Source of the DNA: Octopus vulgaris | Lineage: Eukaryota | Direction: 5' to 3' | Length of the DNA stretch: 64,000 nucleotides | Assembly: GCA_951406725.2 (NCBI GenBank) | Contig: OX597814.1 | Location: 182,528,001-182,592,000 of the forward strand | Shown: positions 49,901-63,103 of the stretch, piece by piece | How positions within the stretch are numbered: position 1 is the first letter of the stretch | How the letters are laid out: every line of letters starts with the position of its first letter | The notes under the pieces: model-generated | Database searches by the model: none | What the model saw: only the letters and a program-made list of their open reading frames with translations | What the model was told of the DNA's origin: nothing | Program-made: the position numbers and the translations under genes

Positions 49901-52900
49901 AGCATCAAGTGCCGAAAATGAACTTTCTTATCTTCCATTTTAAAGGGTTACAGAATTAACACAGGTTATAGGAACATAAACCTTCTTCCACGTAAAGATA
50001 GCTTAAACTGTGCTCTAAATGGAGGTGTAGTCAAATCCTATTTTATGGACTCAACCATGTTCTAAAATAAGTCGAAAGGTAAGCTACTATAAATTGGCAC
50101 AAACTTTCCGGACAACCCAATATTTCCCATGATCAGACATGGAAGACTGGAAACAAGCAACATTACTTGTATGACAGTGATTTACTTGTTTACATCTATC
50201 ATATGATGTGAAGACAAAGGTACGCACAAACCACGTCTGTGCCTACCATGTCCTATTAATTCCTTTATTTCTCTTACTGTTAAAAATACAATGAACCTAT
50301 GATGCCTTTCTTCACTGATTACTATATAAAATGTAAAAAGTAAAACTAATTCTCTACACCTCACTGAATAGTGAGTTTCACTTTCTCAATATGTATGAAA
50401 CAGCATAATTATTTTCCTTCTATCATGATGAAATTTAATAAAAAATATAATGAAATAAATGGTATTGGGCAAGTGTCTTCTACTATAGCCTCGGGCCAAC
50501 CAAAGCCTTGTGAGTGGATTTGGTAGATGGAAACTGAAAGAAGCCTGTCGTATATATGTATATATATATATATATATTTAAAAAAGGAGATGTGGAACAC
50601 GAGTTGTGATATATAAAAAAAGGAAATGAAGAAAATGCTGACAAAATAATTTAAGTAAGGGAGAGTGTATTTAATTAGGTGAAAGTTCTTTTTACCGGTT
50701 GCGCATTTGTTATGCTTATCAAAAGATATTTTTTAAGAGAGATAGAGTTCCTTTCTGATAGATTTTTTCTCTTATCTGACTTTTTGTTGGGTTTGCTGTC
50801 TCTTATATGTGAAAAAAGAGGCTCCAGAGTTGTTTAAGATTTGCTTGGTTTCGCGCCTAAAATTTCTTGTGGACAATGGTCAATAAAATTTTGATTGGTC
50901 ATTATAAAGGGGTCACGTGAATGTTTGAATGGAAGTTGGTGTTGGGGTAAGAAAATAGGCTCCAGAGATGTTAAAATTTGGCTAGTGTCATGCCTAAAAT
51001 TTCTTATTGGTCATAATAAAGAGGTCACGTGGATGTGGTCATAATAGAGAGGTCATGTGAATGTTTAGAATGAATGTTGATGTGGGTGGTGTATGGAGTT
51101 TTCGAAAATAGCTTTGTTGAAAATTCTTATTGTTCAGGCTGGTCAGTAGACGTCATGTGGATATTTTAAATAGCTTTTTAGCTCATAGTTAAGGAGTGTA
51201 TTTTCCGCTTGACTGAATTTGAGCTGGATAAGTAAGTTCCTTTAGGACAGGAAGAGTTATATGTATGTATGTGTGCGCGTAGGCTGAAAAGGCTGAACAC
51301 TACAATCAACAGAAAATTATGAGAAACTTAAAAACCCTGATCAACCCCCACAAAGAAGAACTCACTAACAAAGAATTCAACTTCATCACAAATTTCACTA
51401 GTAAAACCAGCCTCTTCTATGGTATTCCCAAAATTCATAAAAGCGAATTAATAAGTAAGGCATGCAAGGAAGCCACAAACTCTGTAATCAATGTCCCCTC
51501 ACCAAATGACCTCAAATTGAGACCTATAATAGCAGGTCCCGATTGCGAAACCCACCGCCTTAGCAACTTCATTGATACCCTTCTCAAGCCCTTCCTCAAA
51601 CACATTAAAAGTTACATAAGGGACGATCTAGACATGCTCAACCACCTCCCCAATACACTTCTTGCTGAACAAACCCTGCTAGTAACATTCGATGTAGTTA
51701 ATCTTTACTCCAACATCCCCCACAACCTAGGAATAGAAGCTATCCAATTCTGGCTGGATAATTACTCCAACGAACTCCCACACCGCATCAAAAAGGAATT
51801 TATTTTAGAAGGACTCAAATTCATCTTAGAGAATAATTTCTTCACCTTCAACAATAAATTCTACAGACAGAAATCAGGGACGGCAATGGGAACGAAAACA
51901 GCTCCCACTTACGCCAACCTAGTCATGGGATACCTGGAAATCACCCTCTATAATAACGTTCTTAACCAATTTGGCACCACTCTCCACACACACATAGAGA
52001 AGAACTGGAAGAGATATCTTGATGACTGCTTCATCCTTTGGCCCGAAACCATCGAGAAGCTTAAAGAATTTCACACCCTTATAAATGGGCTCAACACAAA
52101 CATTATTTTCACAATGGAATACAGCCCTCAACAAATTCCCTTCCTCGACATCCTCATTAAAATTCACAACAAAAAAATAGAAACAGACATATACTACAAG
52201 CCAACAGACTCCAAGCAATACCTCCCTTTCAATTCATGCCACCCTAGACACGTTAAAATTAACATTCCCTACAACTTAGCGAAGAGAATTTGCACTATAG
52301 TCTCCAATAAAAACACCCGTCTCTTACGTCTACAAGAACTTAAGGACACATTAACAAGCAGGGATTACCCCACGTCACTAATTGACAATGGGATCCAACG
52401 CGCCCTAAAACTCAGCACACAGGAACTTAGACGCCCTAAACCTGTTACATCGAAACCCCATACTCTACCATACATCTCTACACACAACCCCCTCAACAAT
52501 GAAGCTTTTGACACCATCCTCCAGAACATTCCTGTATTAAAAAAGGACCATAGAATGAACCAAATCCTCCTAACACACGAAATCATAAAGAGCAAAAGGC
52601 AACCCAAATCATTGAAAACCATCCTAACAAATGCCAAAGTACTGCCAATCACAACAACTAAACCCACAGTAAACAAATGCAATAGACCCAACTGTGGTAT
52701 ATGCATCAACCTAATAGAAGGTCCGGAATTCCTTTTTAAACAAGGACAACGTTTCACAGTAAAACAACTTCACATGCGCATCAGAAAACCTAGTATATGT
52801 CTTAACTTGCTCGGGCTGTAATGAACACGACATAGGCCAAACTAAAAATAGCCTCCGCCAACGCATGACTGTCCACAGATCCCAAATAAAAATACAGGAA

Positions 52901-54073
52901 TACAGAAAAATAGCACTTAGTGCACATATTGATACCTGTGCCGCACAACTTCATCCCAATTTTAGAATCTTTCCCCTCTACAAATTTAAAGACAATGCCA
53001 CTCATATCCAGCGAATAACCATGGAATCCCACCTTATTAATAAATACAGACCACTTCTAAACACATCCCCCTAACACGAACCCACAACAAACACACTTAC
53101 ACCTGCACACACCCTACACACACTTTTTACACAGATATTAACACCATGACACACGCAAATATATGGTTCCACACATACACATAATTTGATACGGGTGCAA
53201 AACATCCAACACTATTTTTTGGAAATGACTGTAAATATTGACTTCACACAAACACGTTGCTTCCCGATACAGGCACAAGGCCAGCAGAACTATAAATATT
53301 GAAAATTGTACCCACACACGCACACATATATACAAGCGTGCGTGCCCTAACATACATATAACCACACACACACACGCACACATACATACATATAACTCTT
53401 CCTGTCCTAAATAAACTTACTTATCCAGCTCAAATTCAGTCAAGCGGAAAATACACTCCTTAACTATGAGCTAAAAAGCTATTTAAAATATCCACATGAC
53501 GTCTACTGACCAGCCTGAACAATAAGAATTTTCAACAAAGCTATTTTCGAAAACTCCATACACCACCCACATCAACATTCATTCTAAACATTCACATGAC
53601 CTCTCTATTATGACCACATCCACGTGACCTCTTTATTATGACCAATAAGAAATTTTAGGTGTGACACTAGCCAAATTTTAACATCTCTGGAGCCTATTTT
53701 CTTACCCCAACACCAACTTCCATTCAAACATTCACATGACCCCTTTATAATGACCAATCAAAATTTTATTGACCATTGTCCACAAGAAATTTTAGGCGCG
53801 AAACCAAGCAAATCTTAAACAACTCTGGAGCCTCTTTTTTCACATATAAGAGACAGCAAACCCAACATAAAGTCAGATAAGAGAAAAAAAATCTATCAGA
53901 AAGGAACTCTATCTCTCTTAAAAAATATCTTTTGATAAGCATAACAAATGCGCAACCAATAAAAAGAACTTTCACCTAATTAAATACACTCACTCTTACT
54001 TAAATTATTTTGTCAGCATTTTCTTCATTTCCTTTTTTTATATATCACAACTCGTGTTCCACATCTCCTTTTT

Positions 54074-54113
<40 letters not shown>

Positions 54114-57100
54114 TATATACGACAGGCTTCTTTCAGTTTCCGTCTACCAAATCCACTCACAAGGCTTTGGTTGGCCCGAGGCTATAGTAGAAGACACTTG
54201 CCCAATACCATTTATTTCATTATATTTTTTATTAAATTTCATCATGATAGAAGGAAAATAATTATGCTGTTTCATACATATTGAGAAAGTGAAACTCACT
54301 ATTCAGTGAGGTGTAGAGAATTAGTTTTACCAGGATCCAATCTTGATCTGGCAGAGTTTCTACAGCTGGATGCCCTTCCTAAAGCCAACCACTCTGAGAG
54401 TGTAGTGGGTGCTTTTATGTGTTACCAGCACAAGGGCCAGTCAGGCTGTACTGGCAACGGCCATGCTCAAATGGGGTTTTTTATGTGCCACCTGCACAGA
54501 AGTCAGTCCAGCGGCACTGGCAATGACCTTGCTCAAATGTTTTTTCACATGCCACCGGGACAAGTGCCAGTAAGGCGACGCTGGTAACGATCATGCTTGA
54601 ATGGTGCTTTTTATGTGCCACCAGCATGGAAGCCAGTTAGCTGCTCTGGCTTCGATCACGCTCAGATGGTGCTCTTGGCACTCAACTAGCACGGATGCCA
54701 GTCATCGAATTTGATTTCGATTCCAATTTCACTTGCCTCAACAGGTTTTCGCAAGCAGAGTTTAGTGTCCAATGAAGGAAAGATATGCATAAGTGGGCTG
54801 GTTACACCCCTGGCATAGGCCACGAGGTTATGGTCTCACTTGGCTTGCCAGGTGTTCTCAAGCAGGTCTCACTTGGCTTGCCAGGTCTTCTCAACTAAAT
54901 GATGATGATAATGTGAACACTTCAAACCATAAACACAAGTGGCAGTTGAATTCAGTACTGCAATCAAATTAAGTGATCACCAATTTTACAGTCATTTCAA
55001 CATCACTTTTAAAGTAGTGAACTCTACACACCACATTATAGTAGTACCTACTCTTATAGGCCACTAGAAGTTAAGTGTGTCGATCATGGATATAGTGGTC
55101 TTATTGATTATATTATTTGAACAACTAATCCTTCAGTAATTGATTTGACCAGCTTTGACTCTTTTCTATAGATGTATTTCCAAAATTATTTTAGTTTCAT
55201 TGAAGTATCATTTTTAATACAGCAAACTGCTGTTGTTTATCTCAAGGTCAGCCCTGATTGAGTAGTCCTATGATAAAATATATTCCAGCCATAACTATCC
55301 TATCTTTTATTCAGGCATAATATAGCTAGGAATGCATTATCTAACATGATAATGTTATTAAAATGCTAGGGTATAATTTAAAAGAAGATTTTGCTGTTAC
55401 TTCTAGCAAGTCAAATGACCACATATAAGCTCTCTTGTTGACATATGATATAGCAGAACTGGCATGCTGAAACAGTGAAGGTTGTGGGAGGTCTTTATCG
55501 TCATATGTTCATTTTTCCGTGTTGGTATGGGCTGGACAGGTCATTATAGTCAGTTATTAAAGTTACTGCCTTCCTAGAGGGGTCAAGGCCCTCTTCTCAT
55601 TCGTACATTTCATTTTTGGTATTGTTTCTATTACTAACCACTTTACTGAATGTAATAGATGCACCAGCACTAGAGAGGTTGTCTTGTCTCCAGCAAAACT
55701 GAAGAGTAACCCCTTATGTTGTCTCAGTTTTTATTCATTCATCATTCTTCCTTGCTTTCCCTCTGTTCATTCATTCATTCCCACCCTAAAGGATAAGAAG
55801 AGAGCTACAGCTAAAGGGGTATAGTGTGTTAAAAGGGAGAGTGAGTGATAGGCAGTTGTATGATAGTTGATAGTAAGGAAATTGAATAGAAGCAACATAA
55901 CCAAGCAGTTGATAAAAGAGAGAAATGGAAGTTTGAGAACCAGAGCAAGAGAGTGATAGAGAGGAGAGGGTAATAGAAAAACTGAGACCCCCTTTGGTCA
56001 TGACACAGACCATGGGATTGCACCTAGAAAGTTACCATCCCAGGCACAAGTCTGGGCAAGGTTGTTTATGGAAGACCAGCAGTCGCCCATGCATACCTGC
56101 CTCCTCTCTCCACGCCACCAGTGTTATCCAAGGGAAAGGCAAGGGCCGATACAGCTTGGTACCTGTGACGTTGCAACTCATTTCTACAGCTGAGTAAACT
56201 TGAGCAATGTGAAATAAAGTGCCTTGCTCAAGAACACAACATGCAGCCCGTACGGGATTTGAGCTTACAACCTCTCAATCGTAAGCTCGTTGCTTTAACC
56301 ACTGAGCCATGCACCTTCACACAATAGAAAAAAGAAGGTGATAAACTGTTATGTTGTTGTAGATATAGTTGTTGCTAATTGTAAATTATATCAGAAGTAT
56401 AAGTTTAGTGTATTCATCTGCACTTAGATTTACTCTGCTGATGTATTCTCACATTTGCTACATTGTATTCAGTTCATCTGTAAATATCCCCTCATTACTA
56501 GTTCAGTAGCTTGGTTTTTCTTTCTCCTGTCTCTTAATATATTAGCTGATCTTTGCATGGATATAGTGCATATTCTTTCATACCTAGAAACTTTCTCTCT
56601 GTCTAGATTTTTGTATTTTCATTAGATTTCCTATTTTAGTTATCTATCTCCTACATATTCTTGTCATTGTTATATCTACTTTTCAACGTTGGTATGGGTT
56701 GGAGAGAGCTACAGTGTGACATTTGTCTTGCATAGGACCAATATTTGTAAACTAGCAGTATCACCTGGCATTTCTTGGGTCTGTTTTGACCCTTTAAGAA
56801 TTGGAATTTTTGAAAAGTAAAAATTTTGCATTATGTAGCTTGTTATTCTCTTTAAGTGAACATTTTTCTGGTTGAAATACACCGAAAAATGGCAACACAG
56901 CAGTAAAAAAATTGTAAAAAATAGGGATTTTCATAGAAAAAAAGCACCTTTTTGATGTAAATAATTTTTGCTGTTAACATGGTCTGATTTGAAATTTTCT
57001 TCTATGGAAGGAAGAGCAAGCCTTCTCCTATCATACTCTCAATTTTGGTCAACTTGCGCCGCAGGGTCTCAGAGGAGATAGTATTAGTTGAAGGCTACCA

Positions 57101-60100
57101 AACCTGCCATACACAGACAACTTCAGCTTTATATATATAGAGATTAGACCTTACTGCTTCTCAAGAGTTTTGTCTTTCTCTGAGACAAGTTCCTTCCACA
57201 CAGCACTTTTTCACTTACCTGCACTCAATCAACTAATGCCTTTAATGTCTAACTACCTTCTCATTTCATATGTACTCTATTTTTCATGCATGTTAACATT
57301 GAGCATCTAATAAGATAACTCATTTCTCTCCAGCTTTTTGAAGATCTTCAACATTTAGTGCTTAGTCTTTGCTGCCATGCAACATTATACTTCTTAGGCA
57401 TACCTTAGGCATGAATAAAAAAACCTTTGGTATTAATCATCATATTCATCATCACCATCATCATTTAACATCCGCTTTCCATGCTAGCATGGGTTGGATG
57501 ATTTGACTGAGTACTGGTGAACCAGATGGCTGCGCCAGGTGCCAATCTGATCTAGCAGAGTTTCTTCAGCTGGATGCCCCTCCTAACGCCAACCAATCTG
57601 AGAGTGTAGTGGGTGCTTTTACATGCCACCGGCACGTGGGCCAGTCTGGCGGTACTGGCAACGGCCATGCTCGAAATGGTGTTTTTTACGTGCCACCTGC
57701 ACAGAAGTCAGTCCAGCAACACTGCCAATGACCTCACTCGAATGTTTTGTTCATGTGCCAGTAAGGCGACGCTGATAACGATGATGCTCAAATGATGCTT
57801 TTTACGTGCCTACCGGCACGGAAGCCAGTTTGCTGCTCTGGCAGTGATCCTGCTCAGATGGAGGTGCTTCTAACCCTCCAACTATATTCTCATCACAGCT
57901 ACTTCCATCACTAATCTTTGTCATATTATTAGAATTATTGCATAACTGAAGACTGGAATCTTTTGATTTTGTTGTATTACATGTGTAGTTAATGCACTCT
58001 GTTCATTTCCTTCAAACCTCCTTAATTTCAGTTAAGGGCTTGTACAATTAAATAGGGATTTCTTTCTGCTAGAATATGGTGACCTTCTAAATGAGACGTG
58101 TCTCTTATCTCTCATAGAAAATATGTAATCTAGATAAAAAATTATATATTTCTTCTAGCCAGCCATCTGAATTGTTCATTGAATTCATTTCATAAGAAGG
58201 TGGTGAGCTGGCAGAAACGTTAGCATGCTGGGCGAAATGCTTAGCGGTATTTCATCTGCAATTACATTTTGAGTTCAAATTCCACCAAGGTCGATTTTGC
58301 CTTTCATCCTTTCAGGGTTGATAAATTAAGTACCAGTTACACACTGGGGTCGATGTAATCAACTTAATCCCTTTGTCTGTCTTTGTTTGTCCCCTCTATG
58401 TTTAACCCCTTGTGGGCAATAAAGAAATAAGAATTCATTTCATGAGATCTTCTATTATCTACTCTTGCATAACTAAGCTCCTCTGCACTTTTCTATATCC
58501 ATTTGCTTGCTTTCAGTACAAGGAACTAAATTCTACCAAATCTCTTTACATATTAAACTGCTATGGTTTTGAAGTCTTTATTTACTAAGTACCATTTCTC
58601 TTTGACCTAATGCCAGTTGTACTTCACTGTCCACCAAGTCAAGAGTAAAGACTAATCAGTTTCTGGGCATGTTCTTCCCACTTTGAAATTCGCAAAATCC
58701 CTCTCTTTCAGATTTTGTTTTGTGCTTTGGGAATGATTAACAAAATATCTCTAACTTTGCCATGTTTAATTCCAACATTAAGCATATATTTACTAATGTT
58801 GAAGTTAAACTAATCCTCATGTATGAATATAAACTGAGTGTCCCTGCTTGTATTTGGTTTGGGAAATAAGCTATTGAGAACAATCAATTTCAGAGAACAA
58901 GTGTGATCGCTGACAGAGCGGCTAACCGGCTTCCGTGCCAGTGGCACATAAAAAGGTCACCATTCAAGTATGATCATTACCTATTTCTTTATTACCCACA
59001 AGGGGCTAAACACAGAGGGGACAAACAAGGACAGACATAGGTATTAAGTCAATTACATCGACCCCAGTGCATAACTGGTACTTAATTTATCGACCCCAAA
59101 AGGATGAAAGGCAAAGTTGACCTTGGCAGAATTTGAACTCACAACAACGTAACGGCAGACGAAATACCGCTAAGCATTTTGCCCAGCGTGCTAGCGTTTC
59201 TGCCAGCTTGCCGAAGTATGATCATTACCAGCATCACCTTACTGGCACTTGTGCACGTGCTAATAGGGTGCCAAGAGCACCATCCGAGCGTGATTGTTGC
59301 CAGAGCAGCCAACTGGCTTCCGTACCCGTGGAACGTAAAAGGGCACCATTCGAGCGTGATTGTTACCAACGTTGCTTCACTGGCACGTGTAAAAAAGATT
59401 CAAGCAAGGTCATTGCCAGTACTGCCTGACTGGCCCCTGTGCCGGTGGAACGTAAAAAGCACCCACTACACTCTCGGAGTGGTTGGCGTTAGCAAGGGCA
59501 TCCAGCTGTAGAAACTCTGCCAGATCAAGATTGGAGGATGGTGCAGCCATCTGGTTTGCCAGCCCTCAGTCAAAATCGTCCAACCCATGCTAGCATGGAA
59601 AGCGGACGTTAAACGATGATGATGAAATCCAGCTTAAATCAATATGAGATACCAAAAAGATTACATTTTAGTTTAATGTTTTTCAAGTGTATCTTTGGAA
59701 AACGATTGTTTCTGTTGAAATTATTTAGTTAACAACAGCTGTCAGTTTTCTTTTCTTTGTCCTTTTGAAACTTAATATATATTTCATGAACTCAATGTAT
59801 GTGTGAAAGTTCAGTTTTTCATAATTTCTATCAAAGCCTCAAGAGATCTACTTTCTCTTTCAGTCCTTCGATGTCATAAACTATTGAAGTTAAATCTCTC
59901 TCTCTCTCTCCCCACACACATATATCATACATACATACTTATGTATACATATATGTATGCATCTAAGTATTTTATCAGCTGGATTTAAATACTATATGGA
60001 CTGAGATCTCTGTTGACCGGTCACTAGTATGTGCATTATGGACTTAAGCCTACTAATTTAAGCAGTCATAGGCTATGATAGTGCTTTGGTTTAGCAGTTA

Positions 60101-61401
60101 GTTCAGTTAAGTGGTTTATAGCAAATGTGGTGTTTGAATCCTGCATGTGATGTTACAACTTTTATCTGTTTTCTGTATGGAATGAGATGTGTCTGTATGT
60201 ATGTATGTATGTATGTGTGTGTAAACGATGTGAAATTGTAATATCCGTAAGTTGATAAACGAAATGAATTTGTTTCTCCATTTTCGTATTTGTATTATGA
60301 ATTTATGGTAAAAATATTTTTTACCTTCACCCACTTAATACAATAAATGAATTAATTGCATTGCAATTAAAAGCATTTATGTATTAAGAATTTGGGTACT
60401 TTACCAGCAGTATATTGGATAATTGATATCCCATAGTGGGTTACATTCATAACCCCTATCTTACTTTGTATGTGTATATATATATTATAATAATAATATA
60501 TAAATATATGCATATATACATATATGTACATACCTACATCTATATGTATATATACATATATATATGGGTACAGGGCATTAAAAAAAAACGTTGAACACAA
60601 TGAGAAATGAAAACATGAAAACAAAAACATAGAAACGAACTTTTTTCGAACAACGAAAACAAACAAACAGAGAAACAAGGCATACAACATAAAGAATATT
60701 CCCCTTCTTCAGTTGCCCCTGTTTTATCTACTCCATGTTTCGAAGGGGAGATAATCCGTCCTAATTAACGTTTTTATATGTTAGCTCGATATCTGAGCTA
60801 AATCTCGATATCTAAGTGTTTCCTTACGTCCGCATAGTAGAAAGTTTAATAATTTTTTCATCTTTGTATGTAGTCTGACAAGCTATCCACAAGGCTTTTA
60901 TGGATACAAAACCTTTGGTAGCTCTGTGACCAGAATTTAACTTCTTGTTTTACTAACTACTGTTTTTTTTTATTTAGAATGTGCTTCTTTTCTTATATGT
61001 TTTATTGACTATGTATACATAAATATGTGTGTGTGTGTGTATCTTTCAGCTTTAATGACTTCAATTTTTTATATGTTGCATTTTCAATCTGCTTATAGGA
61101 GACGGACATCGGTTGAACGCTCACCTCCTCACAAACGCTCTCGAAGCTCTCCAAAGCGCATATCTCATGACTCAAAATCTAAGCATCGTTCTAATTCACC
61201 TTTACATCGGTCCAAGAGAGACAGCAGCCCAATATCTCGTCAGCGTTTTGACATTGGACGAAAGCAACACAAAACTTCTCAGCTGTCCTCTACTAACAAC
61301 AACGATGATGATGATGTTCTCATTGTGAGTGAAAGTAGAGGATACAGTAAAAGAGCTGATAAGTACCGTTTCCGTAGGTCAAGGAGTAGATCTCCAAATC
61401 G
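43909..61401 (+). CDS. PRPF4B: Serine/threonine kinase PRP4 homolog, N-terminal part (3 coding exons; gene continues beyond window)
   Basis: Short first exon, then a KKKHKHKHKHKH block, an L..LE..R..I.A.L...M.LI.QGY.S.SEE..EEGEI segment and an RS-rich exon, matching PRP4K N-terminal architecture. All junctions are phase 2. The kinase domain is not in the window. Confidence 0.72.
45430..47670 (-). mobile_element. Old L2/CR1-group LINE ORF2 remnant, interrupted by an RTE-like end and a SINE
   Basis: Minus-strand fragments FNSTKTKLLF and LGFIITEDLSWQ; heavily decayed. Confidence 0.55.
48185..49288 (+). CDS. PRPF4B: PRP4 kinase-like coding exon 2 (KH-repeat, poly-His, S/E-rich)
   Basis: 1104-nt open frame; ctgttacag acceptor, AG|gtaagt donor. 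Confidence 0.8.
49556..50120 (-). mobile_element. Internally deleted mariner element with both TIRs and TA TSD
   Basis: TIRs ttgggttgtccagaaagtttgtgccaattt / aaattggcacaaactttccggacaacccaa. N-terminus MEDKKVHFRHLML is joined to HPPYSPDIAPSDFHLFRSLQNSL. Confidence 0.9.
50340..54330 (+). mobile_element. Penelope-like retroelement (Neptune-type) locus with ~950-bp inverted arms
   Basis: RT-GIY-YIG coding region at 51286-53074; arms 50340-51277 and 53375-54330 are reverse complements. Confidence 0.88.
51319..53074 (+). pseudogene. Penelope-like element RT plus GIY-YIG endonuclease, 5'-truncated, one frameshift near 52765
   Basis: FYGIPKIHK, LRPII, FDVVNLYSNIP, GTAMG..AP.YANL.M, RYLDD, IPFLD, YYKPT; Cys-rich linker CNRPNCGIC; after the shift NFTCASENLVYVLTCSGC...DIGQTKNSLRQRMTVH...E..LI...LN. 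Confidence 0.9.
56752..57143 (-). mobile_element. Non-autonomous Helitron
   Basis: Minus strand starts TCTCTATATATATAAAG and ends in a degenerate GC hairpin plus CTAG, followed by T. Partial relatives at ~13757-13960 and ~34468-34520. Confidence 0.65.
61099..61401 (+). CDS. PRPF4B: PRP4 kinase-like coding exon 3 (RS-rich)
   Basis: RRRTSVERSPPHKRSRSSPKR...RRSRSRSPN; ttatag acceptor, gtaagt donor; phase 2 fits exon 2. Confidence 0.75.
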
Positions 61402-61685
61402 GTAAGTGCATTTATTTTTTATCTAATCTCTTCACAGTTATGTTTTTCTGGTTTCACTCACACTGTATGGGATACAAATTATTTTGGTGCTGCTTATTTA
61501 GCACTGCTTAATTTGACATTGACTTATTTTCACATCAGATGTTTTAATGTTTTACTCATTCTCTCTCCATCTTTATGTGCAAGCGAATCTCTCTTTATGT
61601 GTATGAAGAGAAAGAAAGTATTTATATCAGATGTATTCAATTAATAGGCGTAGGTGTGGCTGTGTGGTAAGTAGCTCGCTAACCA

Positions 61686-63103
61686 GCTTGCTTCCGGTTA
61701 CCCATACTGCATTTGGTTTGTCGATTGTGTCCGAGTCGGACGTCAGTTTTGTTGCTGCGGTGAGACAATGTACTCGGACCTTACCGGGTCTGAGCTGTCT
61801 TCAGAGGAGGAGCTCGTGAGGGCGGTCATAGCAATGGACAGTATGCTAGAAAAGACCAGGAGTTTTGCAGAGGTCACGGAGAAGAAACGAAAGGAGCTGG
61901 ACTTAGCTGGTCTGAAAAACCATGGCAAGATGCTACAGAAGGTGGGAGGGGACGTAAGACTGTCGCCCCCCCAAAGGAATTATGGAGAAGATAGAAAGGA
62001 AGACTATCACCTATAAGGTGTTCTCTTTAAAAGGACTGAACAGGTGGAAGCGAATACAGAAAGAGTGCTAAGAGAGAGGTCAAAAGAAATCACATACATC
62101 ATAAAAGGAAAAAGATACGGAACAATGGTCGTCCAATTTAGTACAGCTGAAGAGGCAATGAGGCTGGCAAGTGTGGTGGTGAAAACGGAGGAGGTAGTGC
62201 TTCTGCCCAAATACCTGGGAAGAAAAACTTCTAAAGTGAGGGTAGAAGCAATTCTGCCGGATGTTGAAGGGGCTTGGGTAGCGACAGCTATCCTTGTTGG
62301 AAGCGAGGAGAAGGTGGCTGTCCTCCAAGCCACAGAAACAGAAGACGGAGGGTGCAAAGGAAGGACGCTCAAATTAATCATTCAGATGGAGGAGGAACAA
62401 CTTGAGAACTTGGCAGAGACTGTGACACTGGGGGAAATCGTGCTGAGGGTGTGGGTAGAGGGCAGAGTACCATGTTACTTTAAATGTGGCCAAAAGGGCC
62501 ACATTAGAGCATACTGCCCTCTACGAAAGACTACGGCCGAGGATGTGGTTGCGGAGACAGAAGAGAAAAGAGAGGAAGAAGAAAAAATAGACGAAGGAAG
62601 CGATGAAAAGGACGAATGGAAAGTTGCAGAGCGCACAAGAAGAAAGAGAAAAAAAAGAAAAGACACTGAGTATGATGTGGCACCCCAGTCCAACCCCATC
62701 CCACCCAAGACCATTCAGACCCACCCACCCCATTTCCCCTCAAGAAAAAAAGGAAAAAAAGAACAGACACCATAAAATTTAGAAGACCCCCCCCTCCCGG
62801 CAAAAAAGGTTATGAATGCATGACGGAGAGAAGGTTACCATCAAGTGACAGGATTGAACGAAAAGAGAAAAAGGACTCAGGACCTAGAGACAGCGAGTTG
62901 TGTTACTCAGTGTGGGGTGAGTAGCACACTCTTCATAATATCATTTTCAGATATCATTCATATTATCATATTTTAATTTGTTCTTCATGTGCATTTTCAT
63001 GTTCATTCATTATATCATATTTTATTTTTTAATTGTTATATGTCCCCACATGCGTTGTAGTGTCCCATCTGTGTACTGCCTTTTTGGCAAATTTAATAAA
63101 ATA
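61686..63103 (+). mobile_element. Non-autonomous Tx1/L1-like retroelement encoding only a disrupted ORF1 (RRM-like region plus CCHC knuckle), inserted in a SINE head
   Basis: ORFs 61768-62016 and 62044-62775 are in the same frame. Motifs VQFSTAEEAMRL, LGRK..KVRV, V.VEGRVPCYFKCGQKGHIRAYCP and W....RRKRK. The 3' end is aataaaataa and SINE sequence flanks both sides. Confidence 0.7.

Noticed and set aside
51319-52821. Possibility that the 500-aa RT is telomerase or a bacterial retron/group II RT
   Set aside because: The motif set and the downstream frameshifted GIY-YIG domain identify a Penelope-like element.
60690-60750. Minus-strand GAAA...CTGAAGA with a ctccccttc/gaagggga pairing resembling a type II hammerhead
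   Set aside because: No convincing stem I, stem III or cleavage triplet; probably a rearranged repeat end.
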